A stretch of 64,000 nucleotides of DNA from Alphaproteobacteria bacterium (GTDB taxonomy: Bacteria; Pseudomonadota; Alphaproteobacteria; JAAXGF01): contig CAUVXB020000002.1 in the NCBI GenBank assembly GCA_963555825.3, positions 3,456,001-3,520,000 of the forward strand, read 5' to 3'. Position numbers and translations under genes: made by a program. This document shows, one piece after another, positions 31,056 to 41,166 of the stretch (positions within the stretch are counted from its first letter, which is position 1; every line of letters begins with the position of its first letter). Under the pieces are notes generated by a model. It saw only the letters and a program-made list of their open reading frames with translations, had not been told where the DNA came from and made no database searches.

Positions 31056-32416
31056 GTTCTCTAACTCGGGGGTTGGTTGTCAAGCTCTCCGTGACGTACC
31101 TGCCGGGTTCACTGTTCTCTCCGCGGTAGGGGCTCGGCCCTCCGCATGATGGCGTTGGAGGACGTTGGCGGATCAATGTGTGAAGCGCGCTTGCCTCGGT
31201 GAGGCATCGCAAAGCCTGGATCGATCTCGCCGACGCCGCCGTCCCGACAGGGACATCGGTTCCGCTCTCGCGGAATGCTTGGACGTTGTTTCCCTATGCG
31301 GCCGCCTCCTTGGTTGACCAGATGAAGTCCGTTCCATCACGCCACATGCGATGGAGGATGACCGCCAGCTTCCGTGCCACGGCGATCTTGGCCTTCTTGA
31401 AGCCGATGCGTTTCCACAACCTGTGACCCCAGGCCTTGAGCGCGCACCATCGCGGCACCCGGGTGAGCAGCACGCCGGCCGCCTCGAAGAGGTAGGTCCT
31501 GAGCATTCGATCGCCGCATTTGGAGATCCGCCCCGTCCAATCGACCTCGCCGGAAGCATGGCGGCGCGGCGTCAGCCCGATGTACGCGCCGACACTCCGG
31601 GAACGTCGGAAGCGGCTCGGCTCGTCGATCGCCGAGTGGAAGGCCAAGGCGGTGATCGGCCCGATGCCTGGAACCGTCATGGAACGTCTGCTGTCCTCGT
31701 CGTTCCGCGCCAGGCCCAGCAGCTTGCGATAGAGCGCGGCGATCTCTCGGCCGACCTTCTCGCGGACTTCCAGAAGGGGCCGAACGGCCTCCGACAAAAG
31801 ACCCTGCCCGCCAAGCAGCTCTTCGACCCGGCGACGGAAGACATTGCCGCCCGCCTTGCCGATGACGAGGCCGAGGTTCTTGAGCAAGCCACGGATCTGG
31901 TTCTCGAGATCACGCTTGATCTTGACCAACTGGGCCCGGCTGTTCAGGACGGCCCGTATCTCGTGGCACGCCACGCTCGACTTGGACCTCCTTGTACCAA
32001 CCGCACTGCATGACCCGCGCGATCCCGGCGGCATCGTTCCGGTCGCTCTTGTTGATCTGCATCGACAGCGCCGCCTTGGCATGACGCGCATCGATGCAGA
32101 TCACCGGCAAGCCGAGCGCCCTGAGCTCATGCCACAGCCAGGTCGTCGTCGGACCGGTCTCCAGACCGATGCGCTTTGCGTGCGGCGCCGTTGTCCTGAT
32201 ATACGCCGCGATTGCCGCCGGCTCCGAGATCACCACGCCCTCGGACACGATCTCGCCGTTGTCATCGACCACGCAGATCGAGGTCTCCTTGAGCGATACA
32301 TCCATTCCAACATACAGTTCCATAGCTGCTCTCCTGCTCTTTCAGTGTGCTCGCCCGGCCCATGCCGGTCGTTGCTACATTAAGGAGAGCAGTGCCCGAT
32401 CCCCGAGTTACGCCAT
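31056..32416 (-). mobile_element. IS110 family (IS1111-type) element; transposase 31294-32323 frameshifted near 31975
   Basis: Subterminal IRs TAACTCGGGG / CCCCGAGTTA. Motifs YVGMDVS, GLETG, KSDRNDA, VPGIGP, GLTP...SG and ARKLAVILH. Confidence 0.9.
31084..31290 (-). ncRNA. Putative bridge/seek RNA of the IS110 at 31056-32416
   Basis: Noncoding region 3' of the transposase containing four segments that match the target flanks and the donor junction (see findings). Confidence 0.7.
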
Positions 32417-32768
32417 GTGTAAAAACCGCCCCCGAGCGCTATCGGCACGATTTTCTCTGAATTCTCGAATTTCTAAACTCAACAAAATCAATATCTTATC
32501 AGAGGACACCTTCGAAGAATTGACCGAACACTCTCCTGTTAGTGGGATTTGCCGGCGTTTTTACACAGCCTGAGCCACAAGCCGACATTCGAGTCTCGCC
32601 GTTAGACCCGGCAATGCGGCATGCCAATGCCGGCAAAACCGCGGCAATGGTCGTAGAGGCTCGGCTTCGCGATCACCAGCACGAAATCATCGAATTCGAT
32701 CATGTACGCCCCCGCTTCATCGTTGGCCCCACCATGCCACAAGCCCGCGCCGGCTTCGGCACGCCGGT

Positions 32769-33635
32769 TCAGGAGGCGCTTCTCACCAGGGGGAAGGTCT
32801 TGCAAGTGATCGGCCCGCCGTGGACCAGGTTCTCGCCGCGCTGCGAGGGGTCCGAGCTCTGGGGCATGTCGTTGTAGGTGACGTCGTCGCCCGCCCAGTT
32901 GGTCGAGAGCGCGGCGCGGCGGCGGTCGAGGCTGTTGCCCGGCGCGCTGTGAAAGGTGCGCGAGTTCCACACCAGGGTGTCGCCGGGCTCCATTGTGCAG
33001 CTCACGATTTCGGCGTCGGGTTCAGCGTCGAAATCGGGCGGCAGGGGCCGGTCTGTCATGGTGTTGGTGTATTCAAGGCCCGGGCCGAACGGGATGACGC
33101 GATAGACCGTGCCCTCGGCGTGCGAGCCTCTGACGAAGCGCAGGGCCGTCTCGGGCGGAATGGCGTCCAGCGCCGTCCAGCAGTTGATGATCTTGGTGCC
33201 GTTCAGCGGATAGTAGGAATGGTCCTGGTGCCAGGGCGTCGCCGCGCCGGCGCAATGGGCCGATTTCACCAGCAGGAAGTCGTAGTAGAAGTTCAGGCTC
33301 TTGGATTCGAGCAGCGGCCAGAAGAGGTCGGCGGCGTGGGACTCGAAGATGAAGCGCCGGAACGGCTCGACCTCCTTCCACATGACCGAGTCATAGTAGA
33401 AGAACCCCTCGCCCCCCTCGGGCGTTACCTTTCCCGCGCTCGAGCCGTGCAGCGCCATGGCCTGTTCGATGCCACTCTCGATCACGTCGAGCCAGTCGCG
33501 CCCGAAGGCGCCGCGCAAGCAGATCACGCCGTCACGCTTGTAGGCGGCGATAGCCTCGGGCGCCGGCCCGCCCGCGACAGGCAGCTCGAAGCTGGCGACC
33601 TCGCCGACGGCCCGATAGCTGCTCGATGCCGGCAT
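32769..33635 (-). CDS. Phytanoyl-CoA dioxygenase (PhyH) family Fe(II)/2OG oxygenase
   Basis: YKRDGVICLR, TPWHQD, WTALD, FVRGSH, MEPGD....RTFHSAPGN...RR. Confidence 0.9.
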   Translation of the reverse strand: MPASSSYRAVGEVASFELPVAGGPAPEAIAAYKRDGVICLRGAFGRDWLDVIESGIEQAMALHGSSAGKVTPEGGEGFFYYDSVMWKEVEPFRRFIFESHAADLFWPLLESKSLNFYYDFLLVKSAHCAGAATPWHQDHSYYPLNGTKIINCWTALDAIPPETALRFVRGSHAEGTVYRVIPFGPGLEYTNTMTDRPLPPDFDAEPDAEIVSCTMEPGDTLVWNSRTFHSAPGNSLDRRRAALSTNWAGDDVTYNDMPQSSDPSQRGENLVHGGPITCKTFPLVRSAS

Positions 33636-33860
33636 CGCATCCCCTCCGGACGCTGGCCCGGCCGTGAAGCTGGTACGGGCCGGATCAAGCGGGCTAATCG
33701 TGGCCTTCACGATAGTCATTCTCGACATGGCGAGGCAAATGAACCGACCCCAGGGGCCTCCCAAATATTGTGCCACTGTAGCAAGAACGGCACGTCCATG
33801 GAAGATCGGGCAACTTTGCCGGCTTCTGGCCGCGCTTCGTCGAGCCACGTCGCTTCCGGG

Positions 33861-34007
33861 GTCCGCTTTGTCGCGGGAACCAGACATCGAAGGTCGAGTC
33901 TCCGAACTCCTCGGCGCCAGGGTCCGCCTACGAGCGGGAACCGGACCTCCAAAGCTCAGAATTGAAACTTCACGGCCTCAATGTCAGCTAACCGGCGTGA
34001 ACCAGAC
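33861..34007. repeat. Cluster of three degenerate palindromic units, 61-bp period
   Basis: GTC(C/A)GC...AACC(A/G)GAC units start at 33861, 33922 and 33983. Confidence 0.7.
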
Positions 34008-34138
34008 CTCCCCGGAGAATCCGGTGACGGTGGAGCATGTCACACCTTCGACCCAAGCCCAAGCGGCCGCGGCCAGGGCGGGGAGCGGGGTAAGCACCCG
34101 AGGAGATGCGCGTCCTGTAACCATCGATCCGTTGCCAG

Positions 34139-34441
34139 CTATTCCCTCTCGACTTGATTCACAAGTCTTTCCAGACCCGTCATCGGACGCGCCTCGCCTC
34201 GATGGCGGCTGTCATAAAATTGAAGGAACCGCAGGAAATCCTCCATTATGCCCTCGGTGTCGAGTGGATCGTCGGTAGCGCGGAAGGCAAACGCCGTGAA
34301 GTTTGCCGCGGCATGACGCAAAGCCGACGCGACAACCATCGGATGAATTCCGGCCTCCAGCTTGTTGTTCGCGAATTCGACGAGTTCGTTCGCTATACCT
34401 CGGCTGACCTCCTCCTGGCCGCTTCTCTCTTCTTCGGCCAT
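34139..34441 (-). CDS. Small hypothetical protein (DUF3144-like)
   Basis: 100 aa with RBS GGAGG and IANELVEFAN...VASALRHAAANF.AF pattern. Confidence 0.65.
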   Translation of the reverse strand: MAEEERSGQEEVSRGIANELVEFANNKLEAGIHPMVVASALRHAAANFTAFAFRATDDPLDTEGIMEDFLRFLQFYDSRHRGEARPMTGLERLVNQVERE

Positions 34442-34576
34442 CGGCTCGACCTCCTATGCCTTGCTGATTGGCCTATCTCCCCCGTTGCTACTGATTGGCC
34501 TGCCAGACAAACTACAAACATTCTCAGGTACGGTAGCACATGGAGCCGCGCGTTTCGCGAATGTCCGCTCGGGGTC

Positions 34577-36260
34577 CAGACTGTGTAAGAACGTTTGCTG
34601 CGTGATCTGTACGGCGCGTCTTTGGCTTCGATGATCCGTCGCGGCGGGTATTCCGGGATTAAGGATTTTCGCCACTCGTGCGGACCTGTCGGCCGGCTGG
34701 CGCCGGTGTGAGCTGCGATTTGGCCGGATATGGGCGCAATTTGCGGCGCAGAGAGGCCTATGCGGTCCTCATCGCCGCGATCAGCGGGTCGATGCCCGTG
34801 ATGTTCATGACGCGCTTGAGATTGTAGGCCAGCACGTGCAGGGCCATCTCGGTCCTCACCCGTTTCAGCGTCTTCGTCTGGAAATGCGTCGCGCCCATCC
34901 AGGACTTGATGGTGCCGAAGGGATGCTCGGCCGTCTCGCGCCGCCGACGCATCGCCTCCGGGTGCTCGTCGAGCCGCCTCTCGACGGCCTCGAGAACATG
35001 CTCGTGCTGCCAGCGGGTGATGCGGCGCTGCTTGGCCGTGGTGCAGCGATGCTTGATGGCGCATCCCTGACAGGCGTTGGTCCAGTAGCGCCGCATGCTC
35101 AGCCCCCTCTCCTGGCTGGTGAAGCGGTAGACCAAACGCTCGCCGGCCGGGCAGCGATAGACATCGTCGGCGGCCAGATAGACGAAGTCCTGTTTGCCGA
35201 AGCGGCCCTTGGCCTTGGCTCCAGAGGTCAGCGGCTTAGGCAATGTGACGGTGATGCCGGCCTCATCGCAGGCCAGAATCTCCTTGCCGTTGTAGTAGCC
35301 GCGATCGGCAACGACATCCAACTCGTCGGTCTCCAGAGCCGCCTTGGTCCGCTTCGCCATGGCTGAGAGCTGGGCGCGGTCGGTGCCCTGATTGGTCACC
35401 TCGTGGGCGACGATCAGGTGGTGCTTGGTGTCGACGGCGGCCTGAACGTTGTAGCCGACCACGCCGGAACCCCGGCCGCTCGTCGCCATCGAGCGGGCAT
35501 CGGGATCGCTCAGAGAGATCTGCTGGTCCGGGCTCGCACGCCGCTCGACTTCAAGCGCCTTCAGGCGCCGCATCTCCTCCTTGAGGATCGCGATCTTGTC
35601 GGCCAGACGAGTCGTCTTGGTCGTGCGCGCCAGCGACGGCTCTTGCCGGTCGGCGCTGTCCAACTGGTCCAGATAGCGCGCAACGCTCTCCTCGATCTGC
35701 GCCACCCGCCGCGCCATCTTGGCCCGCGTGAAGTTCCTGTCCCGGCTGTTGACCGCCTTGAACTTCGAGCCATCGATCGCCACGCTCGCCTCGGCGAACA
35801 GCCCGAGTTGCCGGCACAGCGCGACGAACCGGGCGCAGACCTTGCGGATCGCACGGCCGTTGTCCTTGCGGAAGTCGGCGATCGTCTTGTGATCCGGCGC
35901 CAGCCGGCCGACCAGCCACATCACTTCCACATTGCGCCCGGCCTCCCTCTCGAGCCGACGGCTCGACTGAACCCGGTTGAGATAGCCGTAGATGTAGAGC
36001 TTCAACAAATCGCAAGGATGATAGGCCGGCCTGCCGGTCGCCAGCGGCTCGACCCGGTCGAACCCGAGGCCGCCAAGATCGAGCTCATCGACGAAGACGT
36101 CGATCGCCCGAACCGGGTTGTCGTCGCCGATCCAGTCTTCCAGGCGCTCCGGAAACAACGTGCCCTGGCTGCGATCGACACCCTCGACAAAACGCTTCAT
36201 CAGACCCTCCCGCCAAAGCACGAGAGAATCATAACACCATCGACGTTTTTACACAGTCTG
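34577..36260 (-). mobile_element. IS1182 family element, copy 1; transposase 34758-36200 intact
   Basis: IRs CAGACTGTGTAA / TTACACAGTCTG and 4-bp TSD GGTC. Motifs GRPAYHP, PDHKTIADFR, AIDGSK, GYNVQ, ADRGY, EHPFG. Confidence 0.93.
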
Positions 36261-36597
36261 GGTCAACAGCAGACGTCCAGCGAGCCCGTCTCCGGCGTCC
36301 GCTTTCGAGCGGTAACCAGACCTAAATCGCGCGACTTCCAGATTTCATGAAACTCGCGTCTGCTTTTGAGCGGAAACCGGACGTCGCAGCGTGGTTCGTC
36401 TAATGTCTGCAATTAGCCGAGGGTGTTGAAGAAGTCGGTTGAGGGTCCAATTTCGTGATTTCCCTGGAACCAACGAAATTTTGATTTCAATGAAATCAAC
36501 GGCTTAGGAAACTCCCGATTTCGAAAATTCGGCCGATTCAGGCTCAAAATCGAATATTCGCGACTTCTTCAACACCCTCAGCCATCAGCAGACCTAC
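36261..36597. repeat. Four-unit palindromic repeat cluster (first unit begins 34560; split by IS1182 and a MITE)
   Basis: Units at 36297, 36358 and 36405. Shares exact GAGCGGTAACCAGACCTAAA (36307-36326) with 42656-42675. Confidence 0.8.
36419..36579. mobile_element. 161-bp MITE, IS1182-like ends
   Basis: 19-bp perfect IR GAGGGTGTTGAAGAAGTCG and 4-bp TSD AGCC. Confidence 0.88.
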
Positions 36598-36721
36598 GAG
36601 TGGGAGCGAGAAGTCGATTAATCCTTGCCCAAGCCGAGCCCATCTGGCGCGGCATGGTCGAGAACTTCATCGGCTTCGAGCTGGCCGAGTACAGTCGCAT
36701 CCACGGCGGCTGACCGGCGCG

Positions 36722-37933
36722 TCAGGAACCCAGGCCAAAGGCGGGGCGCAGGCGCACGCCGATCCAGGTGCCGGCGAGCGCGCAGACGATCCACAGCCAG
36801 CCGTGCAAACTCGTCGAGGCGACGCCCGAGAAGAAGGCACCAATGTTGCAGCCGAAGGCGAGGTGCGCGCCGTAGCCCATCAACAACCCGCCGACAACCG
36901 CCGCGACGAGTGATCGCGGCGCGATGCGGAGCGTCGGCGCGAAGCGCCCGGCGAGCCCAGCGGCGGTCAGCGCGCCGAGGACGATGCCGAGGTTCATCAC
37001 CGAGGTGGTATCCTGGAATATACCGCGCGCCAGCGCCCGGGCGGGGAAGCCGCTGTTCCAGAAGGCACTGGCCGCCGGCTCCCAGCCGAGCGCCTGGGCG
37101 GTCTTGGCGCCCCACAGCGTGAACGCCCAGGTGATCGTCCACGGATGGCCAGCGATGAGCAGTGTCACCCAGTTGAGCAGCGCCAGCAGCCCGGCGCTGA
37201 GCAGCAGCGGCCACGGCCCGTGGAGCAAGCACCGCCAGTCGAGCCCGTCACCCCACAGCGGCCGCTGCGCGGCGCCGCCGGCCCAGCGCCTGAGACCCAG
37301 CCAGAGCGCCGCCAGCACGCTAAACTGGAGCGCCAGCGCGAGCGGCCAGCCGAATTCCTGCGCCAGCGACACGCTGCGCCAGCGCGGCGCGGCGGCCCAC
37401 AGGTCCATGTCGAGGCTGCCCCACAACCCGCCGAAGCAGAAGGCCACCAAGGTGACCACCATGCGCGTGCTGCCGCCGCCGACCGTGTAGAGCGTGCCCG
37501 AGCCACAGCCGCCGCCGAGCTGCATGCCGAGCCCGAACAGCAAGCTGCCGACGGCGACCTGGACGCCGACCGGCGCGACCGCGCCGACCACCCCGTGACC
37601 CAGGACCTGGCCCTGGGCGAGCACCGGCGCGAACAGCAGCATCGCGGCGCCGAGCATCACCACCTGGGCGGCGACGCCCGAAATGTCGCGGTGCGTGATG
37701 GCGTTGCGATAGGCCGCGGTGAAACCGAAGGCGGCGTGATAGAGGCTCATTCCGAGCAGCCCGCCGACGACCAACAGCGCGCCGAGCCTCGGGCTGTCGA
37801 GCCCGAGCGCCAGCGCGCCGCCAAAGAGGACAAAAACGCCGAGCGCAGCGACGCCCCATTGTGATGGTGGTCGCGTCGGATCGGCCGCGGCGCTGGGCAC
37901 ACTTACGCGCCCGCCCCCCGGCTCCCTAACCAA
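36722..37933 (-). CDS. YeeE/YedE family sulfur-compound transporter
   Basis: Multi-TM protein with GMQLGGGCGSGTLY and GYGAHLAFGCNIGAFFSG..S.SLHGW. Confidence 0.9.
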   Translation of the reverse strand: MVREPGGGRVSVPSAAADPTRPPSQWGVAALGVFVLFGGALALGLDSPRLGALLVVGGLLGMSLYHAAFGFTAAYRNAITHRDISGVAAQVVMLGAAMLLFAPVLAQGQVLGHGVVGAVAPVGVQVAVGSLLFGLGMQLGGGCGSGTLYTVGGGSTRMVVTLVAFCFGGLWGSLDMDLWAAAPRWRSVSLAQEFGWPLALALQFSVLAALWLGLRRWAGGAAQRPLWGDGLDWRCLLHGPWPLLLSAGLLALLNWVTLLIAGHPWTITWAFTLWGAKTAQALGWEPAASAFWNSGFPARALARGIFQDTTSVMNLGIVLGALTAAGLAGRFAPTLRIAPRSLVAAVVGGLLMGYGAHLAFGCNIGAFFSGVASTSLHGWLWIVCALAGTWIGVRLRPAFGLGS

Positions 37934-37954
37934 TTGCTGATCAATCGGCGGCCA

Positions 37955-38419
37955 TTAATCGAGATTGCTCGCCTTGATCAACAGCGGAATGGGAAACGCC
38001 TTGCCGTGGTGAGGCTCGAATTCATTCGCTGCCAAGAAGTACCACTGGTTCGATTTCATGCTGCCCAGTTGACCTGGGAACCTAGGCAGATCCCCGACAT
38101 TGATACCCGCCTCAACCAGCGGCTTGGCATTCACAAAGTCGATCACGTCTTCCGTGGTGCCGGAAGGGTCGATCGCGTAATGGGTCATGTGTCCGCCCTT
38201 GCCGAGACCAGCGTTGAAGCAGTACTCGCCGCTGACGCTCGAAAAGTCGATTGCCGTCTTCGGTCGAGTCTGGAGATGCTTCGCAATGGTGCTCAGTTCC
38301 GCACCGACGACGGCGGCCTGTCTCAGAGCCGCCGCAGCCTTTTCGGCCTCAGTCGCGGCAAATCCTAGATTGGGCAGCCCAATGATGACGACCACTGCCC
38401 CGATAAGAAGCATTTTCAT
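37955..38419 (-). CDS. Secreted hypothetical protein
   Basis: Signal-peptide-like MKMLLIGAVVVIIGLPNLGFA and RBS GGAGG. Directly upstream of the YeeE gene. Confidence 0.7.
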   Translation of the reverse strand: MKMLLIGAVVVIIGLPNLGFAATEAEKAAAALRQAAVVGAELSTIAKHLQTRPKTAIDFSSVSGEYCFNAGLGKGGHMTHYAIDPSGTTEDVIDFVNAKPLVEAGINVGDLPRFPGQLGSMKSNQWYFLAANEFEPHHGKAFPIPLLIKASNLD

Positions 38420-38695
38420 CGTTCTCCCTCCCAATGTTTTAATCAGCCCCAGGGCCTGGCCATGTATTTTGGATACGACACGGCCGGGCCAAGCCGACAA
38501 AAAATCCGCCGCAGCTAAGCTGGGCGGTTATCCGATCGCTTTAGCTGCATTTATAACGCGCCCGCAATCTGATTAGGTCAAATCGGCGCGTAATCGCAAG
38601 CTAGGGCGAGTCCTTACGAGCGTCAAGGGAGCCCGGCGCTGCAAACGCTTCCGACAGCCTTTGGTCTTCATCGCATTCAACACGATGATGCTGTC

Positions 38696-39037
38696 GTGAA
38701 CGACTGCCAGGTTTGGCTCGCCGAGCATTACGCCGTTCTGGACCCGGTCTCGGCGATGATCGAGCGTTCGGGGCTGCCGCCGACGACGTTCGCCCGCCGG
38801 TTCAAGCGCGCGACCGGGTATCGCCCCATGGACTATGTCCACACCTTACGGGTCGAGGAAGCCAAGGAAATGCTCGAGATGAGCGACTGCACCATCGATC
38901 ATGTTGGGCACGAGGTAGGTTACGAGGACCCGTCGTCGTTCCGGCGGCTGTTCAAGCGCAAGGCAGGTTTGACACCCAGCGACTATCGGCGCCGCTTTGG
39001 CAGTCGCCGGTTCGACCAATATGAACTGGTGCATTGA
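38696..39037 (+). pseudogene. GlxA/AraC regulator, C-terminal HTH only
   Basis: RRFKRATG..P..Y...LRVEEAK.MLE and VGYED.SSFRRLFKR..GLTPSDYR. The DJ-1 sensor domain is missing. Confidence 0.75.
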
Positions 39038-39227
39038 GCTGCCAATTAAAGTTTACCCGTGTTTGCAACAGACTCACGATCTCGGTCGGGATGATCGGGT
39101 CGGGCGGGTATGTGACGTCGAAACCGATTGGACCGACGGGATTCTCGCGGCTGATCAGCGCCGCACTTTCCGAATCGCCCCGCGTGACGCTGAATGTGAA
39201 CTCAAGCGGGTCGGCCGCCGTCGCGGG

Positions 39228-39284
39228 CGCGTGACAGCCCCGCACAAGCAACCGCCCGTCACGGGCATCGTCTTCTCTCCCATC
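39228..39284 (-). pseudogene. GFA family N-terminal remnant
   Basis: MGEKTMPVTGGCLCGAV behind RBS AGGAAGG, after which homology is lost. Confidence 0.55.
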
Positions 39285-39400
39285 ACGTCCTTCCTGGTTT
39301 TCTTGTTATCGATTTTCGAACGTCATGGTCGCGCTATCAGGTCGGCAAGTCGAGTCCACGGTCGGCCTTTTGCTCCGTGCCCCAATGACCGCTTTGGGTC

Positions 39401-41085
39401 CAGCCTGTGTGAGAACGTTTGCTGCTATTTCTGTGTGGCGCGTCTTTGGGTTTGGATGATCAGTCGGGACGTGTTTTCCGGGATTATGGATTTTCGCCGC
39501 TCGTGCGGGCTTTTCGGCCGGCTGGCGCCGTTGTGAGCCGCGATGTGGCCGGGTATGGGCGTAATTGTCGGCGCAGGGGCGCTATGCCGTCCTGATCGCC
39601 GCGATCAGCGGGTCGATGCCCATGATGTTCATGACGCGCTTGAGATTGTAGGCCAGCACGTGCAAGGCCATCTCGGTCCTCACCCGCTTCAGCGTCTTCA
39701 TCTGGAAGTGCGTCGCGCCCATCCAGGCCTTGAGGGTGCCGAAGGGATGCTCGGCCGTCTCGCGCCGCCGACGCATCGCCTCCGGGTGCTCGTCGAGCCG
39801 CCTCTCGACGGCCTCGAGAATGTGTTCGTGCTGCCAACGGGTGATGCGGTGCTGCTTGGCCGTGGTGCAGCGATGCTTGATGGCGCATCCCTGACAGGCG
39901 TTGGTCCAGTAGCGCCGCATGCTCAGCCCCCTCTCCTGGCTGGTGAAGCGGTAGACCAAACGCTCGCCGGCCGGGCAGCGATAGACATCGTCGGCGGCCA
40001 GATAGACGAAGTCCTGTTTGCCGAAGCGGCCCCTGGCCTTGGCTCCAGAGGTCAGCGGCTTAGGCAACGTGACGGTGATGCCGGCCTGATCGCAGGCCAG
40101 AATCTCCTTGCCGTTGTAGTAGCCGCGATCGGCAACGACATCCAGCTCGTCGGTCTCCAGAGCCGCCTTGGTCTGCTTGGCCATGGCTGAGAGTTGCGCG
40201 CGGTCAGTGCCCTGATTGGTCACCTCGTGGGCGACGATCAGGTGATGCTTGGTGTCGACGGCGGCCTGAACGTTGTAGCCCACCACGCCGGAACCCCGGC
40301 CGCTCGTCGCCATCGAGCGGGCATCGGGATCGCTCAGAGAGACCTGCTGGTCCGGGCTCGCACGCCTCTCGACTTCAAGCGCCTTCAGGCGCCGCATCTC
40401 CTCCTTGAGGATCGCAATCTTGTCGGCCAGACGAGTCGTCTTGGTCGTGCGCGCCAGCGACGGCTCTTGCCGGTCGGCGCTGTCGAGTTGCTGCAGATAG
40501 CGCGCAACGCTCTCCTCGATCTGCGCCACCCGCCGCGCCATCTTGGCCCGCGTGAAGTTCCTGTCCCGGCTGTTGACCGCCTTGAACTTGGCGCCATCGA
40601 TCGCCACGCTCGCCTCGGCAAACAGCCCCAGTTGGCGGCACAGGGCGATGAACTGGGCACAGACCTGGCGGATCGCAGAACCATTGTCCTTGGCCGAAGT
40701 CGGCGATCGTCTTGTGATCCGGCGCCAGCCGGCCGACCAGCCACATCACTTCCACATTGCGCCCGGCCTCCCTCTCGAGCCGACGGCTCGACTGAACCCG
40801 GTTGAGATAGCCGTAGATGTAGAGCTTCAACAAATCGCAAGGATGATAGGCCGGCCGGCCGGTCGCCAGCGGCGCGACCCGGTCGAACCCCAGACCACCA
40901 AGATCGAGCTCATCGACGAAGACGTCGATCGCCCGAACCGGGTTGTCCTCGCCGATCCAGTCTTCCAGGCGCTCGGGAAACAACGTGCCCTGGCTGCGAT
41001 CGACACCCTCCACAAAACGCTTCATCAGACCCTCCCGCCAAAGCACAAGAGAATCATAACACCATCGACGTTTTCACACAGGCTG
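39401..41085 (-). mobile_element. IS1182 family element, copy 2; transposase 39582-41025 frameshifted near 40693
   Basis: IRs CAGCCTGTGTGA / TCACACAGGCTG and TSD GGTC. Two overlapping partial ORFs. Confidence 0.92.
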
Positions 41086-41166
41086 GGTCACAAGATGCTA
41101 TGAGGCTGAAGGACGCAGCCTCAAGCTCCTTCGATTATTTCAACCTCGATCAGAAGGAGCGACACG

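Larger units (their letters stand above)
31050..32572. mobile_element. IS1182-type MITE (~160 bp net) whose left IR is split by an IS110 insertion
   Basis: CAGGCTGT|GTAAAAAC reassembles across the IS110 and pairs with GTTTTTACACAGCCTG at 32557-32572. Confidence 0.8.

Noticed and set aside
32602-32970. 122-aa ORF downstream of phyH
   Set aside because: It overlaps phyH out of frame. The distal part may be a gene remnant but cannot be assigned.
33861-34007. 61-bp periodic repeats with ~36-nt spacers as a CRISPR array
   Set aside because: The repeats are too degenerate, there are only 3-4 units, spacers are homologous between clusters (36300 vs 42650), and no cas genes are present. Treated as a palindromic repeat cluster instead.
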